Assembly: GCA_036149055.1 (NCBI GenBank)
Contig: JAYZQJ010000097.1
Span: 1-64,000 of the forward strand
Length of the DNA stretch: 64,000 bases
Reading direction: 5' to 3'
DNA from: Myxococcota bacterium
Lineage (GTDB): Bacteria > Myxococcota_A > Polyangia > Polyangiales > Sandaracinaceae
Each line of letters starts with the position of its first letter. Position 1 is the first letter of the stretch. Both the position numbers and the translations under genes were made by a program. Under the pieces are notes generated by a model. The model made no database searches. It saw only the letters and a program-made list of their open reading frames with translations, and was not told where the DNA came from. This document shows positions 9,398-19,984 of this stretch, one piece after another.

Positions 9398-10834
9398 GTG
9401 GCCGTGCCCGCCATTCGAATCCGCGCCCTGAACGACGCCCCGGTGCGCGACGGCGGCGCGATGATCCTCTACTGGATGATCGCCGCCCGCCGCACCGCGC
9501 ACAGCCACGCGATCGACCGCGCGCTCGAGTGGGCGCGAGAGCTCGGGCTGCCGCTCGTGATCTTCGAGCCGCTGCGCGTCGCCTACCCGCACGCGTGCGA
9601 CCGCTTCCATCGGTTCGTGCTCGACGGCATGGCCGATCAGGCCGCGCGCTGCGAGGCGGCCGGCGTGACCTACCTCCCCTACGTCGAGCGAAGCCCCGGC
9701 GAGGGGCGCGGGCTGCTCGAGGCGCTCGCCGCGCACGCCGCGGTGGTGATCACCGACGACTACCCGACCTTCTTCCTGCCGCGCATGGTCGAGGCGGCGG
9801 CCGGCCGGGTCGACGCGCGCGTGGAGGCGGTGGACGGCAACGGGCTGATCCCGCTGCGGCTCCCGGACAAGGAGCACGTCACCGCGCGCGGGTTCCGGCG
9901 CTGGTCGCAGGGCGTGCTGCCGGCGGAGCTCGCGCGGCCGCCGGCCTCGGACCCTCTCGCGGACGCCCCTCCCGGGCGGTGGGATCCGCCGGCGGCGCTC
10001 TCCGCGCGGTGGCCGTTCGGCCGCGAGGTCGACGTCTCGTCGCTGCCGATCGATCACGCGGTGCCGCCGGCCGAGCGAGGAGGCGCCGCGGCGGGGAGCG
10101 CGCGCTGGAAGAGCTTCGTCGAGGGAGGCCTCGCCCGCTACGCGAAGGACGGCAACCACCCCGACGAGGACGCGGTCAGCGGGATCTCGCCGTGGCTGCA
10201 CTGGGGGCAGCTGAGCGCGCACGCGCTCTTCGCCGACGTCGCCGCGCACGAGGGCTGGGCGATCGGCGATCAGGCGGAGAAGCCGAACGGCAAGCGCGAG
10301 GGCTTCTGGCGCATGGGCGAGAGCGCGGAGTCGTTCCTGGAGCAGCTCGCGTGCTGGCGGGAGCTGTCGTACGCCACCGCCGCCCGCCGCCCGGACCACG
10401 CGGCGTACTCCATCCTCCCCGCGTGGGCGCAGAAGACGCTCGCCGAGCACGAGGCCGATCCGCGCCCGCACCTGTACGACCTTGACGCGCTCGAGGCCGC
10501 CCGGACCCACGACGAGGTGTGGAACGCGGCCCAGCGGCAGCTCGTGGCCGAGGGGCGCATCCACAACTACCTGCGCATGCTCTGGGGAAAGAAGATCCTC
10601 GAGTGGAGCCCCACCCCGCGCGAGTCGCTGGCGCGCATGATCCACCTCAACGATCGCTGGGCGCTGGACGGACGCGACCCGAACTCGTACTCCGGCATCA
10701 CGTGGGTGCTGGGACACTTCGATCGCGCGTGGGGCCCCGAGCGCCCCATCTACGGCAAGATCCGCTACATGAGCAGCGACAACACGGTGCGAAAGCTCCG
10801 CATCCGTCGCTACCTGGAGCGATGGTCCGCCTGA
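9398..10834 (+). CDS. phrB: Class II CPD DNA photolyase
   Basis: [54 protein letters not shown]. Confidence 0.92.
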   Translation: MAVPAIRIRALNDAPVRDGGAMILYWMIAARRTAHSHAIDRALEWARELGLPLVIFEPLRVAYPHACDRFHRFVLDGMADQAARCEAAGVTYLPYVERSPGEGRGLLEALAAHAAVVITDDYPTFFLPRMVEAAAGRVDARVEAVDGNGLIPLRLPDKEHVTARGFRRWSQGVLPAELARPPASDPLADAPPGRWDPPAALSARWPFGREVDVSSLPIDHAVPPAERGGAAAGSARWKSFVEGGLARYAKDGNHPDEDAVSGISPWLHWGQLSAHALFADVAAHEGWAIGDQAEKPNGKREGFWRMGESAESFLEQLACWRELSYATAARRPDHAAYSILPAWAQKTLAEHEADPRPHLYDLDALEAARTHDEVWNAAQRQLVAEGRIHNYLRMLWGKKILEWSPTPRESLARMIHLNDRWALDGRDPNSYSGITWVLGHFDRAWGPERPIYGKIRYMSSDNTVRKLRIRRYLERWSA

Positions 10835-11655
10835 TCCTGCCGCTCCTGCTCGCCGGCTGCGGCGCCGCGACGCCGCCCCCGGACCGACCGACGCCGGTCG
10901 CGGGCTCCGTGGTCGTGCGCACCGAGGCCGGCCTCGAGACGCGCGCGGTCGACGACGCCGGGCGGGTCCTCGGGCGCGAGGCGGGCGCGACGCTCGAGGT
11001 GGAGGGCGCGCGCTGGCGCTGGGAGACCGCGGCGGTCGAGATCCCGCTCTGGGACACGCTGCCGGACGAGGAGTCCCCCGACCCGCGCACCGCCGACCGA
11101 CGCGGCACGATGTGGACCGCGGCCTTCGTGTCCAGCGGGCGCCGGATCGCGGTCGCCGCGGTCGACCCCGCGCTGGTGGCGCGCGACGTGTCCCACGAGA
11201 TCTCGCTCGAGGCGGTCGTCGGCCCGCTCGCCTTCGTCCGCGAGACCACGCATCTGGACGTGTTCGGCGCGCACGGCTCGGTCGAGGTGGTGCAGCACGT
11301 GATCGATCTCCGCTCGGGCGAGCGCGTCGCGCTCGAGGTCGCGGAGGAGGCCCGGGTCGAGGCGCGGCGTCGGCTGGAGGAGCGGGAGCCGCTCGAGGAC
11401 GAGGTCGAGCTGGTGGCGGTGCACCCGCGCTGGACCGAGCGCGGGCTGCGCGTCGAGGCGCGGTTCGCCACCTCCACCTGCTACGCGTGCACGGACGGCA
11501 GCTGGAGCGACTACCGGCGCAGCGTGACGGTCGAGACCGAGGTCGAGGCCCTGGCCGCGGTCGCCCTCCCCGCCTGGGTCTCGGCCGGCCCGGGCGAGGA
11601 GATCGTCGCCTTCGGGGCCGCGGTGGGCGAAACCCCGACGCGCGGCGACGACTGA
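10822..11655 (+). CDS. Hypothetical lipoprotein
   Basis: [13 protein letters not shown] lipobox; overlaps the photolyase end; CYAC motif. Confidence 0.7.
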   Translation: MVRLILPLLLAGCGAATPPPDRPTPVAGSVVVRTEAGLETRAVDDAGRVLGREAGATLEVEGARWRWETAAVEIPLWDTLPDEESPDPRTADRRGTMWTAAFVSSGRRIAVAAVDPALVARDVSHEISLEAVVGPLAFVRETTHLDVFGAHGSVEVVQHVIDLRSGERVALEVAEEARVEARRRLEEREPLEDEVELVAVHPRWTERGLRVEARFATSTCYACTDGSWSDYRRSVTVETEVEALAAVALPAWVSAGPGEEIVAFGAAVGETPTRGDD

Positions 11656-11818
11656 TCGGGGAGGCTCCCGGTCGGAGCGCGACGATTCCGGAGTCTTCGA
11701 ATCGCCAACAAGAGGCCCCCCGCGGCGGCCGCTGGTACCCTTCGCCCGTGCCTCGATCGCGACGGCCTCGGAGACACCTCGACCGCGTGGATCGGGGACG
11801 GTCGGGAGGATCCGCGGC

Positions 11819-14575
11819 GTGAACGCGCTCGACCGCCCCACCATCCTCGTCGTCGGCGGCGGGGAGCGGATGAAGACCGCGCTCGAGGAGGCGCTGGAGC
11901 GGCACGATCTGATGGTCGAGTCGGTGCCCACCGAGGCGGTGGTCGAGGCGGCCTTCGCGGCGGCGCCCGACCTGCTCCTGCTGGTGGGCGACGCGGCCGC
12001 CGACGGAGGCGAGGCCGCGCTGAGCCGGCTCTCCGGGCACCCCGCGGCGGCCATGGTGCCGGTGGTCTTGTTGAGCGAGGAGGGCGGGCTCGACCGCCGC
12101 CTCGACGCGTTCAAGCACGGCGTGGTCGCGGTGGTGGAGAAGACCGCGAGCGCCGACGGCATGGCGCGCGAGATCGCCGAGCTTGCCAGCGACCTGCCCG
12201 AGCGCTCCGGCGAGGTCGGCGGCGAGCTCGGCGAGGCGACGGTCGACGAGCTGGTCTCGCTGTTCAGCCAGCGCCTCCGCACCGGGATCCTGAGCGTGAG
12301 CGCCGGCGGCGGCGAGTCGGCTCAGGTCGTGCTGCGCGCCGGCCGCCCGGTCACGGAGGCCATCGAGGAGCTCGTCGAGCGGCTCCGACCGCTCCTCGAG
12401 AAGCAGGCCGGTCCGGTCCGCTACGAGTTCCACGAGAGCCCGACCGCGCGGCTCCAGCTGCTCGAGGACGAGCCCGAGGCCGACGACGGCGAGGTGCTCC
12501 GCCGTCGCCGCGTGCTGCTGATCGAGCAGAACCCGGCGCGGGCCGACGTGCTGGTGCAGGAGCTGCGCGCGCGCGGCGCCCTGGTGGCGGTCGCCGACGG
12601 AGACGGCAACGGCCTCGAGCGGGCGCGCGCCCACGACCCCGACGTGGTGGTGATCGACGGCTCGGGCGTCGACGGCTGGGCCATGCCGGCCCTGCGCAAG
12701 CTGCGCCGGGATCCGCGGCTCCGCTGGGCCTCGCTCCTGGTGGTGGACGCCGAGCAGCTCTGGCCGCGCGAGGACACCCGCCCCGACGTGGCCCGCCTCG
12801 GCGCGGCGCTCCGCTCGCTCATCCGCCCGGACCAGCAGCTCGCCGAGCGGGCCGAGCGCGAGGAGACCTTCGACACCCGGCTCGAGATGATCGGGCCGAG
12901 CCGGCTGCTCCGCGCGCTGACCGAGACCGGGCGCGGCCTGAAGCTCTCGGTCACCCACCCGCGGGCCCGGGTCGAGGTGGATCTCGCCGAGGGCCTGCTG
13001 GTCGGCGCCCGCGCCTTCGAGGCGAAGGGAGACGCCGAGCTCGCCGAGGGGCCGGGCGCCCTCGCCGCCCTGCTCGGGCTCGGCTCGGGTCGCGTGCGGG
13101 TCGAGCGCAAGGACGCGCCGAGCGCGGCTAACGTGATGGCGCCGGTCGACGACGCCATCGCGCAGGCCGACACCGAGCCGGCGCCGATCCGCCCGTCGCT
13201 GCCGCCGCCGTCCGGGATCCACGAGCCGGTGTCGCTCGCCGCGCAGACCGAGCGGGCGGCGGCGCGCGATCCGTCGGAGCTGATCGGCAAGCTCGAGGCC
13301 CTGCTCGAGCGCCTGCAGGACGTGCTGCCCGCCGCGGAGCGGGCCGCCGGGCCAGGGCCGGGCTTCCCGCCGCGCGCGAAGCTCCCGCCGAAGGGCGCCC
13401 TGCCGCCGCGCGCCGCCCTGCCCCCGAAGCCCGGGCGGCCGAAGTCACCGCCGCTGAAGTCGCCGCCGCCGAAGCCGCGTCCCCACGCCGGCGCGCTCCC
13501 GCCGGCGCCTCCGAAGAAGACGCCCAAGGCCAAGCCCGCCGCGCCGGCCGCCCCCGCGCCGACCGAACCGGCCGAGCCGCTCGATCCCGGGCCGGCGACC
13601 CTGGGCGAGAGCCCCAAGCCGCCGAAGAAGCGCAAGCCGATGAAGACGCTGCTCGGCGCGGCCGCGGCCCCGGTGGTCACCCCGCCCTGGGAGGCGTCGC
13701 CGCCCCCGCCCCCCGAGGAGGAAGAGGACGACGACGACGACATCCCGGTGATCGAGGCGACGGCGGAGCCGGGCGCGCTCGAGGAGTCGAAGCCGGAGAT
13801 GCCGATCGTTCACGCCGCGCCGATCCCCTCGGTCGAGCCGGCGCCGATCCCGTCCGAGCCGCCTCCGTCTCGGGGCCGAGGCCTGTGGCTCGCGGTCGCG
13901 GCCATCGCGATCCTGCTGCTCGCGAGCGCCGGGGGCGCGGCCGCCTGGTACCTCTGGCTCCGGCCGCCGCCCGCGGTCGTCCAGCTGCCGGACGGCCCCC
14001 CGGAGACGCCCGCGCTCGTGACCACCGCGACCGTCGACGCCGGCGCCCTCGCCGCGCCGTTCGACGCCGGGCTGGACGCCGGACCCGAAGACGCCGGGAT
14101 CGACGCCGGACCCGAAGACGCCGGGATCGACGCGGGGCCGGTGGACTCCGGTCTGCCCGACGCGGGCCTCCCCGACTCCGGCGCGCCCGCGGAAGAAGAC
14201 GAGGCGGACGACGACGATCCGCCGCGCGGCCGGGACGTGGCGCGCCTGATCCGGAGCGCGAACTACGACCGGAACCGCGGCAACCTCCGCGAGGCGGAGC
14301 GCACGTACCTGCAGGTGCTGCGGGTCGAGGGGCGCAACCCGCGCGCGCTGGCCGGGCTGACCCGGGTGGCGATGTCGCGCCGCGACGGCACCCAGGCGGT
14401 GCGATGGGCGCGGCGGCTCGTCCAGGCCGCGTCGCGCAACGCGAACAACCACGTGCTCCTCGGCGACGCGCTGCGGGTGGCCGGAAACCAGGCCGGCGCG
14501 CGCGACGCCTACCGGGCCGCGCTCGAGATCTCGCCCTCGCATCGCCGGGCCCGGGCACGTTTGGCGGGTCACTGA
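11819..14575 (+). CDS. Multidomain signalling protein: two (pseudo)receiver domains, DUF4388-like regions, Pro-rich linker, TM, C-terminal TPR
   Basis: TILVVGG..APDLLLL and RVLLIEQ..DPDVVVID receiver-like segments; RTGILSV; TM LWLAVAAIAILLL; TPR-like C-terminus. Confidence 0.75.
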   Translation: MNALDRPTILVVGGGERMKTALEEALERHDLMVESVPTEAVVEAAFAAAPDLLLLVGDAAADGGEAALSRLSGHPAAAMVPVVLLSEEGGLDRRLDAFKHGVVAVVEKTASADGMAREIAELASDLPERSGEVGGELGEATVDELVSLFSQRLRTGILSVSAGGGESAQVVLRAGRPVTEAIEELVERLRPLLEKQAGPVRYEFHESPTARLQLLEDEPEADDGEVLRRRRVLLIEQNPARADVLVQELRARGALVAVADGDGNGLERARAHDPDVVVIDGSGVDGWAMPALRKLRRDPRLRWASLLVVDAEQLWPREDTRPDVARLGAALRSLIRPDQQLAERAEREETFDTRLEMIGPSRLLRALTETGRGLKLSVTHPRARVEVDLAEGLLVGARAFEAKGDAELAEGPGALAALLGLGSGRVRVERKDAPSAANVMAPVDDAIAQADTEPAPIRPSLPPPSGIHEPVSLAAQTERAAARDPSELIGKLEALLERLQDVLPAAERAAGPGPGFPPRAKLPPKGALPPRAALPPKPGRPKSPPLKSPPPKPRPHAGALPPAPPKKTPKAKPAAPAAPAPTEPAEPLDPGPATLGESPKPPKKRKPMKTLLGAAAAPVVTPPWEASPPPPPEEEEDDDDDIPVIEATAEPGALEESKPEMPIVHAAPIPSVEPAPIPSEPPPSRGRGLWLAVAAIAILLLASAGGAAAWYLWLRPPPAVVQLPDGPPETPALVTTATVDAGALAAPFDAGLDAGPEDAGIDAGPEDAGIDAGPVDSGLPDAGLPDSGAPAEEDEADDDDPPRGRDVARLIRSANYDRNRGNLREAERTYLQVLRVEGRNPRALAGLTRVAMSRRDGTQAVRWARRLVQAASRNANNHVLLGDALRVAGNQAGARDAYRAALEISPSHRRARARLAGH

Positions 14576-14602
14576 CCCCCTCGGGGTGGTAGCTTCTGGG
14601 GC

Positions 14603-15709
14603 GTGCAGGAGCGCTTCGGACGCTACGAGCTCCAAGAGCGCATCGGCGTCGGCGGGATGGCCGAGGTCTTTCGCGCCGTGCAGCGCGGCGCCGCCGGCTT
14701 CGCGCGGCCGGTCGCGATCAAGCGCATCCTCCCGCACATCGCGAGCGACCCCGAGACGGTGCAGATGTTCGTCGAGGAGGCGAAGCTCGCCGTCCAGCTC
14801 CACCACCCGAACATCGCGCAGATCTTCGACCTCGGGCAGGCGGAGGGGCAGTACTTCATCGCGATGGAGTACGTGGACGGCCAGAGCCTGGAGGCCGTCT
14901 GGGACCGGTGGGCCGAGCGAGGCCGCCGCCTCCCGCCCGAGGCCGTCGCGCACCTCCTCGTGCACGTCTGCGACGCGCTGCACCACGCGCACTTCGCGGA
15001 GGACGCCGAGGGACGCCCGCTCGGCATCATTCACCGCGACGTCTCCCCCTCGAACGTGCTCCTCTCGTTCGGCGGCGAGGTGAAGGTGATCGACTTCGGG
15101 CTCGCCAAGGCCGAGAACCGCGTGAGCCGAACGCGCGACGGCATCGTGAAAGGCAAGCTCGCCTACCTCTCGCCGGAGCAGGCGCACGGGCGCACCTTCG
15201 ACCGCCGGAGCGACCTCTTCTCGCTCGGCGTGTGCGCCTGGGAGCTGCTCACCGGCAAGCGCGCGTTCCGGCGGGACGACGATCGCAAGACCGTGCTGGC
15301 GATTCGCGCCGGCAAGATCGACCCGCCGTCGCGGCACGCGGTGCTCCCCGAGCCGCTCGAGCGCATCGTGACGCGGCTGCTCGCCATCGACCCGGACCTC
15401 CGCTACCGGACCGCGCTCGAGGCGCGCGAAGACGTGGAGGCGTGGCAGCGGCGCGCGGGCGTGGAGTTCGCGCGGCGGAACCTCACCGCGCTCATGCGGA
15501 GCACCTTCCCCGAGCGGTTCGCGGAGGAGCCGGGGGCGCGCGGCGCGATCGAGCTGGTGCGCGCCAAGGCGAAGGACGCGAGACCCGCGCCTCCGCCCGC
15601 GCCGCACGACACCGTCGACGACGAGTGGGGCGACGTCCCGACCGACGTGCGCGGGGACGCGGCCGACACCGTCCCGGGCATCGAGCTGCCCGACGGGCGC
15701 GAGGGATGA
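14603..15709 (+). CDS. Ser/Thr protein kinase
   Basis: GVGGMAEVF, VAIK, HRDVSPSN, DFG, GKLAYLSPE. Confidence 0.92.
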   Translation: MQERFGRYELQERIGVGGMAEVFRAVQRGAAGFARPVAIKRILPHIASDPETVQMFVEEAKLAVQLHHPNIAQIFDLGQAEGQYFIAMEYVDGQSLEAVWDRWAERGRRLPPEAVAHLLVHVCDALHHAHFAEDAEGRPLGIIHRDVSPSNVLLSFGGEVKVIDFGLAKAENRVSRTRDGIVKGKLAYLSPEQAHGRTFDRRSDLFSLGVCAWELLTGKRAFRRDDDRKTVLAIRAGKIDPPSRHAVLPEPLERIVTRLLAIDPDLRYRTALEAREDVEAWQRRAGVEFARRNLTALMRSTFPERFAEEPGARGAIELVRAKAKDARPAPPPAPHDTVDDEWGDVPTDVRGDAADTVPGIELPDGREG

Positions 15710-15729
15710 CGCCGCGCTAACGAAGGGCG

Positions 15730-17043
15730 GTGCCGGCCCTCCGCTCGTTGTCACCGTCGCGCGCGGTCTGGACGGTGGCCTGGCCGATGGCCGCGCTCGG
15801 CCTGCTGCGCTCGTTCTACTACCTCACCGACAGCTTCTGGGTGGGCAAGCTCGGGCCCGAGCCGCTGGCCGCGCTCGGCGGCAGCGCCTTCGCCTGGTGG
15901 ATGATCAACCTCTCGTGCGAGCTGGCCGCGACCGGCGCCCACGCCCGGGTCGCGCGGCACGAAGGCGCCGGCGCGCTGGACCGCATCCCGATCACCCTCG
16001 CCAACGCCATCTCGCTCGGGCTGCTGGTGTCGGTCGGGCTCGCCTGCGTCTTCCCGCTGCGCGGGCTCTACTTCGAGCTGCTCGGCTTCGCGGCGGGGAG
16101 CGCCGAGCGCGGCCACGGCCAGGCCTACGTCGGGGCCTCGCTGCTCGGCGCCTCCACGCTCGCGGTGCACGCGGTGGTCGGCGCGGCCTTCCGAGGGCTC
16201 GGCGAGACGCGGGTCGCGCTGGTCCTGACCGCGGCGACGCTCGTGGCCAACGCCGCGCTGGACCCGCTCTTCATCTGGGGTCTCGGTCCCATCCCCGCGC
16301 TCGGCGTGGCCGGCGCCGCCTGGGCCACCGCGCTCGCCAACGCGATCGGCGCCGCGCTCGGCCTCTGGCTCCTCGCCGGCAAGCGCTTCCGCGTGCGGGC
16401 GACGCGGCCCCGCCTCGCGGCGCTCTGGGAGATCGCGCGGGTCGGCGCGCCGGTCAGCCTCTCCGGCTTCGGCTTCGCGCTCGTCTACGTGCTGCTCGGC
16501 CGGGTGATCACCAGCTTCGGCAGCGAGCAGATGGCGGCGCTCGGGGTGGGGCACCGGCTCGAGAGCCTCGCCTACTTCTGCTGCGTCGCGTTCGGCGTCG
16601 GCGCGGCCACCATGGTCGGCCAGCACCTCGGCGCCGGCGACCGCGAGCGCGCGCACCAGAGCGCCCGCGCCGCCGCCCGCCTCGCCCTGATCGCGATGGT
16701 CCCGTTCACCGTCGCGCTCTTCGTGCTGGCTCGCCCGCTCTTCGGCGTCTTCACCGACGACCCGGCCACCCTCGAGGCGGGCGTGCTCTACCTGCGCATC
16801 CAGACCACCGTGCTCGCGCTGATGGCCCTCGAGGAGGCCTACAAGGGCGCGTTCACCGGCAGCGGCGAGACCCTGATGGCGAGCCTCGTCGGCTTCGGCT
16901 TCACCGCCGCCCGCATCCCCGCCGCCTGGGTGCTCGCCCACCCGCTCGGCCTCGGCATCGCCGGCGTCTGGACGGCCATCGCCGGCAGCACCGCGCTCAA
17001 GGGCGTGCTGCTCTGGCTGCTCTGGCGACGCCGTCAGCGGTGA
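15730..17043 (+). CDS. MATE family efflux transporter
   Basis: Many TM helices; TDSFWVGKLG, FRGLGETR, NAALDPLFI, GVAGAAWAT. Confidence 0.9.
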   Translation: MPALRSLSPSRAVWTVAWPMAALGLLRSFYYLTDSFWVGKLGPEPLAALGGSAFAWWMINLSCELAATGAHARVARHEGAGALDRIPITLANAISLGLLVSVGLACVFPLRGLYFELLGFAAGSAERGHGQAYVGASLLGASTLAVHAVVGAAFRGLGETRVALVLTAATLVANAALDPLFIWGLGPIPALGVAGAAWATALANAIGAALGLWLLAGKRFRVRATRPRLAALWEIARVGAPVSLSGFGFALVYVLLGRVITSFGSEQMAALGVGHRLESLAYFCCVAFGVGAATMVGQHLGAGDRERAHQSARAAARLALIAMVPFTVALFVLARPLFGVFTDDPATLEAGVLYLRIQTTVLALMALEEAYKGAFTGSGETLMASLVGFGFTAARIPAAWVLAHPLGLGIAGVWTAIAGSTALKGVLLWLLWRRRQR

Positions 17044-17082
17044 GTGAGAACGGGAGGGGCCGAGCGCCCCTCCCGTCGCGCG

Positions 17083-17445
17083 TCAGTTGTCGGGGACGCA
17101 GATGAAGTCGACCACTCCGCCGCCGAGCGAGACCTCGATGCAGACGCTGCTGAATTCGCAGTCGCTGTTGAAGTCGCACTGCTGGAAGCAGATCGGGGTC
17201 GGGTCACTGCCCAGCGAGTAGCAGACGCCGCCCCAACCGCGGTTGCCGTCGCAGTCGAAGTCGCTGCTGCAGACGCGCGAGCAGAAGTCCCCGCTCGTGG
17301 CCTCGGCCGGGATCGACACGCTGAAGCACTGGTCGACCGCGCGGTCGCAGGTGTTGTCGGAGTAGCACTCCTCGTAGGTCCCGCCGATGTTGCCGCAGCC
17401 GACCGCGAGCGCCGCGAAGGCCAAGATGATCGAAAGCTTCTTCAT
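17083..17445 (-). CDS. Small Cys-rich lipoprotein
   Basis: MKKLSIILAFAALAVGC lipobox with GGAGG RBS; repeated C-x3-C-x4/5-C units. Confidence 0.8.
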   Translation of the reverse strand: MKKLSIILAFAALAVGCGNIGGTYEECYSDNTCDRAVDQCFSVSIPAEATSGDFCSRVCSSDFDCDGNRGWGGVCYSLGSDPTPICFQQCDFNSDCEFSSVCIEVSLGGGVVDFICVPDN

Positions 17446-17671
17446 TCCCCCTCCTAGGGTGTGTGCCAAGCCGATGATGCTCGAAAACGATCCGGATGTC
17501 CTGATGAACCCGCGCCCGGTGGGGTGCCCGGACGCGACGCAGCCTCGGGGGATGGTCCGTCGACGTGGACCGTGCGGGAGGTATTCACCGGGGGCGCGGC
17601 GAAAAGCGCCCGACGCGCGGGGTTCACGAAATCGCGACGGAACGCGCCGCGCCTGATACGATCGGCCCTCG

Positions 17672-18763
17672 ATGACCGAGACGCCCTCAGACGTGGCGGG
17701 GCGGTGCGGGCCCTACACGCTCGTGCGGCGCATCGGCGCGGGCGGCATGGGGGAGATCTTCCTCGCCCGGGGGCCGGACGGCGCCGAGGTCGCGATCAAG
17801 CGCCTGCTCGCGGAGTGCGCCAAGGATCCGGTCTTCATCGGCATGTTCCTCGACGAGGCGCGGCTGGTGAAGCGGATCCACCACCCGAACGTCTGCGAGG
17901 TCTTCGAGCACGGTCAGGAGGGGCCGCACTACTACCTCGTGATGGAGCACATCGACGGGGTGAGCCTGCGCGACCTGCTCGAGCAGCGCGCCTTCCGTGG
18001 CCTCCCCTTCCCGCTCGCCGCGCGCATCATGGCCGAGGTGGCGGCGGGCCTCGACCACGCGCACCGCCTCGAGGACGAGCTCGGCGTGCCGCTCGGCATC
18101 GTGCATCGCGACGTCAGCCCGGCGAACATCATGATCCGCAAGGACGGCCAGGTGAAGCTGGTCGACTTCGGGCTCGCCAAGGCGCGCACCCAGCTGATGA
18201 AGACTCAGCCCGGGCTGGTGAAGGGCAAGTTCGGCTACCTCGCGCCGGAGCAGCTCGGCGGCCGGGTGGACTGGCGCACCGATCTGTTCGCGCTCGGGCT
18301 CTGCTTCTACGAGGCGATGACCGGGCAGCAGCTCTTCGGCCAGCGCACCGCGGCGGAGACGGTGCAGGCCATCCAGCGCTTCTCCGGCCCGCCGCCGATG
18401 GCCGAGAGCGTCGGCGCGCCCCCGGCCCTCGACGAGGTGCTGCGGCGCGCGCTCGCGCCGAGCGTGAACGAGCGCTTCCAGTCGGCGGCGGAGCTCCGCG
18501 GCGCGCTCGGCAAGCTGGTCCGGCAGGTCCCGGCCGAGAAGATCAGCGCTGCCGCGCTCGCCGCCGAGCTGAAGAAGGGCGTTCCTGGGGGACGCTCCCC
18601 TTCGGCGCCGCCCCCCGCGCTCGGCCGCGACAAGCTCGACAGCGTCCCGGTGGCCGACCAGGGGAGCCGCGGCAGCCAGGGGGTCTCCCCGCTGCTCCTC
18701 GCCGGCGTGGCCCTCGTCGTTCTGGTCCTCGCCGTCGCCGTGGGCGCTGCCCTGCTGATGTGA
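17672..18763 (+). CDS. Ser/Thr protein kinase with C-terminal membrane anchor
   Basis: GAGGMGEIF, VAIK, HRDVSPAN, DFG, GYLAPE; hydrophobic C-terminus. Confidence 0.92.
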   Translation: MTETPSDVAGRCGPYTLVRRIGAGGMGEIFLARGPDGAEVAIKRLLAECAKDPVFIGMFLDEARLVKRIHHPNVCEVFEHGQEGPHYYLVMEHIDGVSLRDLLEQRAFRGLPFPLAARIMAEVAAGLDHAHRLEDELGVPLGIVHRDVSPANIMIRKDGQVKLVDFGLAKARTQLMKTQPGLVKGKFGYLAPEQLGGRVDWRTDLFALGLCFYEAMTGQQLFGQRTAAETVQAIQRFSGPPPMAESVGAPPALDEVLRRALAPSVNERFQSAAELRGALGKLVRQVPAEKISAAALAAELKKGVPGGRSPSAPPPALGRDKLDSVPVADQGSRGSQGVSPLLLAGVALVVLVLAVAVGAALLM

Positions 18764-18834
18764 GCCGCTCCGTCGTCGAAGCCTCCTGGCTGCGGACGCG
18801 GACTCGTGGCTGAATCGTCCCGCATCGGAGTCCC

Positions 18835-19650
18835 GCGACCCGACTCCGGGTCCGACGCCGAGTCCGAGTTCGACGCCGAGTCCGAGTCCGAGTCCGAGTC
18901 CGACACCGAGTCCGACACCGAGTCCGACACCGAGTCCGACACCGAGTCCGACGCCGAGTCCGAGTCCGCACCGGGTCCGATCGTGGCGGCAAACCGAGAC
19001 CCGCCTCTTCGGGGACGATCCTATTCGTTCATCGAGCTCGGCCGAGACCGTGCCGAGGCCGGCGCTTCGGGAAGCCGATGCTTCGGGGACGATCCTATTC
19101 GTTCATCGAGCTCGGCAGCGGCAGCGAGACCGGCAGCGGCAGCGAGACGGGCAGCGGCAGCGAGACCGGCAGCGGGGCCGGCAGCGAGACCGGCAGCGAG
19201 ACCGGCAGCGAGACCGGCAGCGAGACCGGCAGCGGGGTCGGTGGCGAGACCCGGCGCGGGCCGGTGGCGAGACCGGCGGCGGGCCGGTGGCGAGACCGGC
19301 AGCGGGCCGGAAGTGTGAGCGGCGCCAGGCTCACTCGCCTGAGCGCCAGCGATTCTTCCTCGCCTCCCGCCTCCCTTCTCCCCTCAGATGCGTCGCCAAC
19401 GAGACTTTCGTATGCGGACTCGGCTGCGGACTCGGCTGCGGACTCGGCTGCGGACTCGCCTGCGGACTCGGCTGCGGACTCGGCTGCGGACTTGGCTGCG
19501 GACTCGGCTGCGGGCTCGGCTGCGGGCTCGGCAGCGGTCTCGGGCTCGGCACCGGTCTCGGGCTCGGCACCGGTCTCGGTCTCGGGCTCGGGCTCGGAGT
19601 CGGCGGCGGACTCGGACGGAGTTCGATGAACGAATGGGATCGTCCCCGGT
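18835..19650. repeat. Composite intergenic repeat element: three minisatellites, two 36-bp direct repeats and one inverted copy
   Basis: (GAGTCCGACACC)n, (GGCAGCGAGACC)n, (GCGGACTCGGCT)n. CTTCGGGGACGATCCTATTCGTTCATCGAGCTCGGC at 19007-19042 and 19081-19116; inverted 28/30 copy at 19619-19648. Confidence 0.85.
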
Positions 19651-19984
19651 TCCGGCAGAGGCTCGGGGCGGGTGGCGAGCTCCTCGGCTGGTCCGCGGTA
19701 GCTGTTCCTCCTCGCCTCCCTTCTCCCTCCTCCCCGATGTGCGTCGACAACGAGCGCCCCGGATATCGAAGGTGCCGGCGTCCTCGGGCGGAGTCCGATG
19801 TTGGGAGGCCCCCTTCCGTGGTCACTCCTCCATGGACTTGTCGCCCCCCTCCGCGCTCCTCATGCTGCTCGTCTTCTCGTGAGCGTCCGGGGGGGCGCAA
19901 GGGGGCAGCGAATGGGATGGGCGTTCCGTCTTTGGGGACTGGCGAGGGCCGTGTGGACGACCGCGGATGATGTGCGGTGGTCCG

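Noticed and set aside
19007..19116. CRISPR mini-array (36-bp repeat, 38-bp spacer)
   Set aside because: Only two direct copies, the third is inverted, there is no AT-rich leader or cas gene, and it is embedded in minisatellites.
18307..19970. Low-complexity ORFs (SDSVSD, ESDT, GSET, CGLG repeats)
   Set aside because: Products of stop-free tandem repeats in several frames on both strands; no evidence for a real gene.
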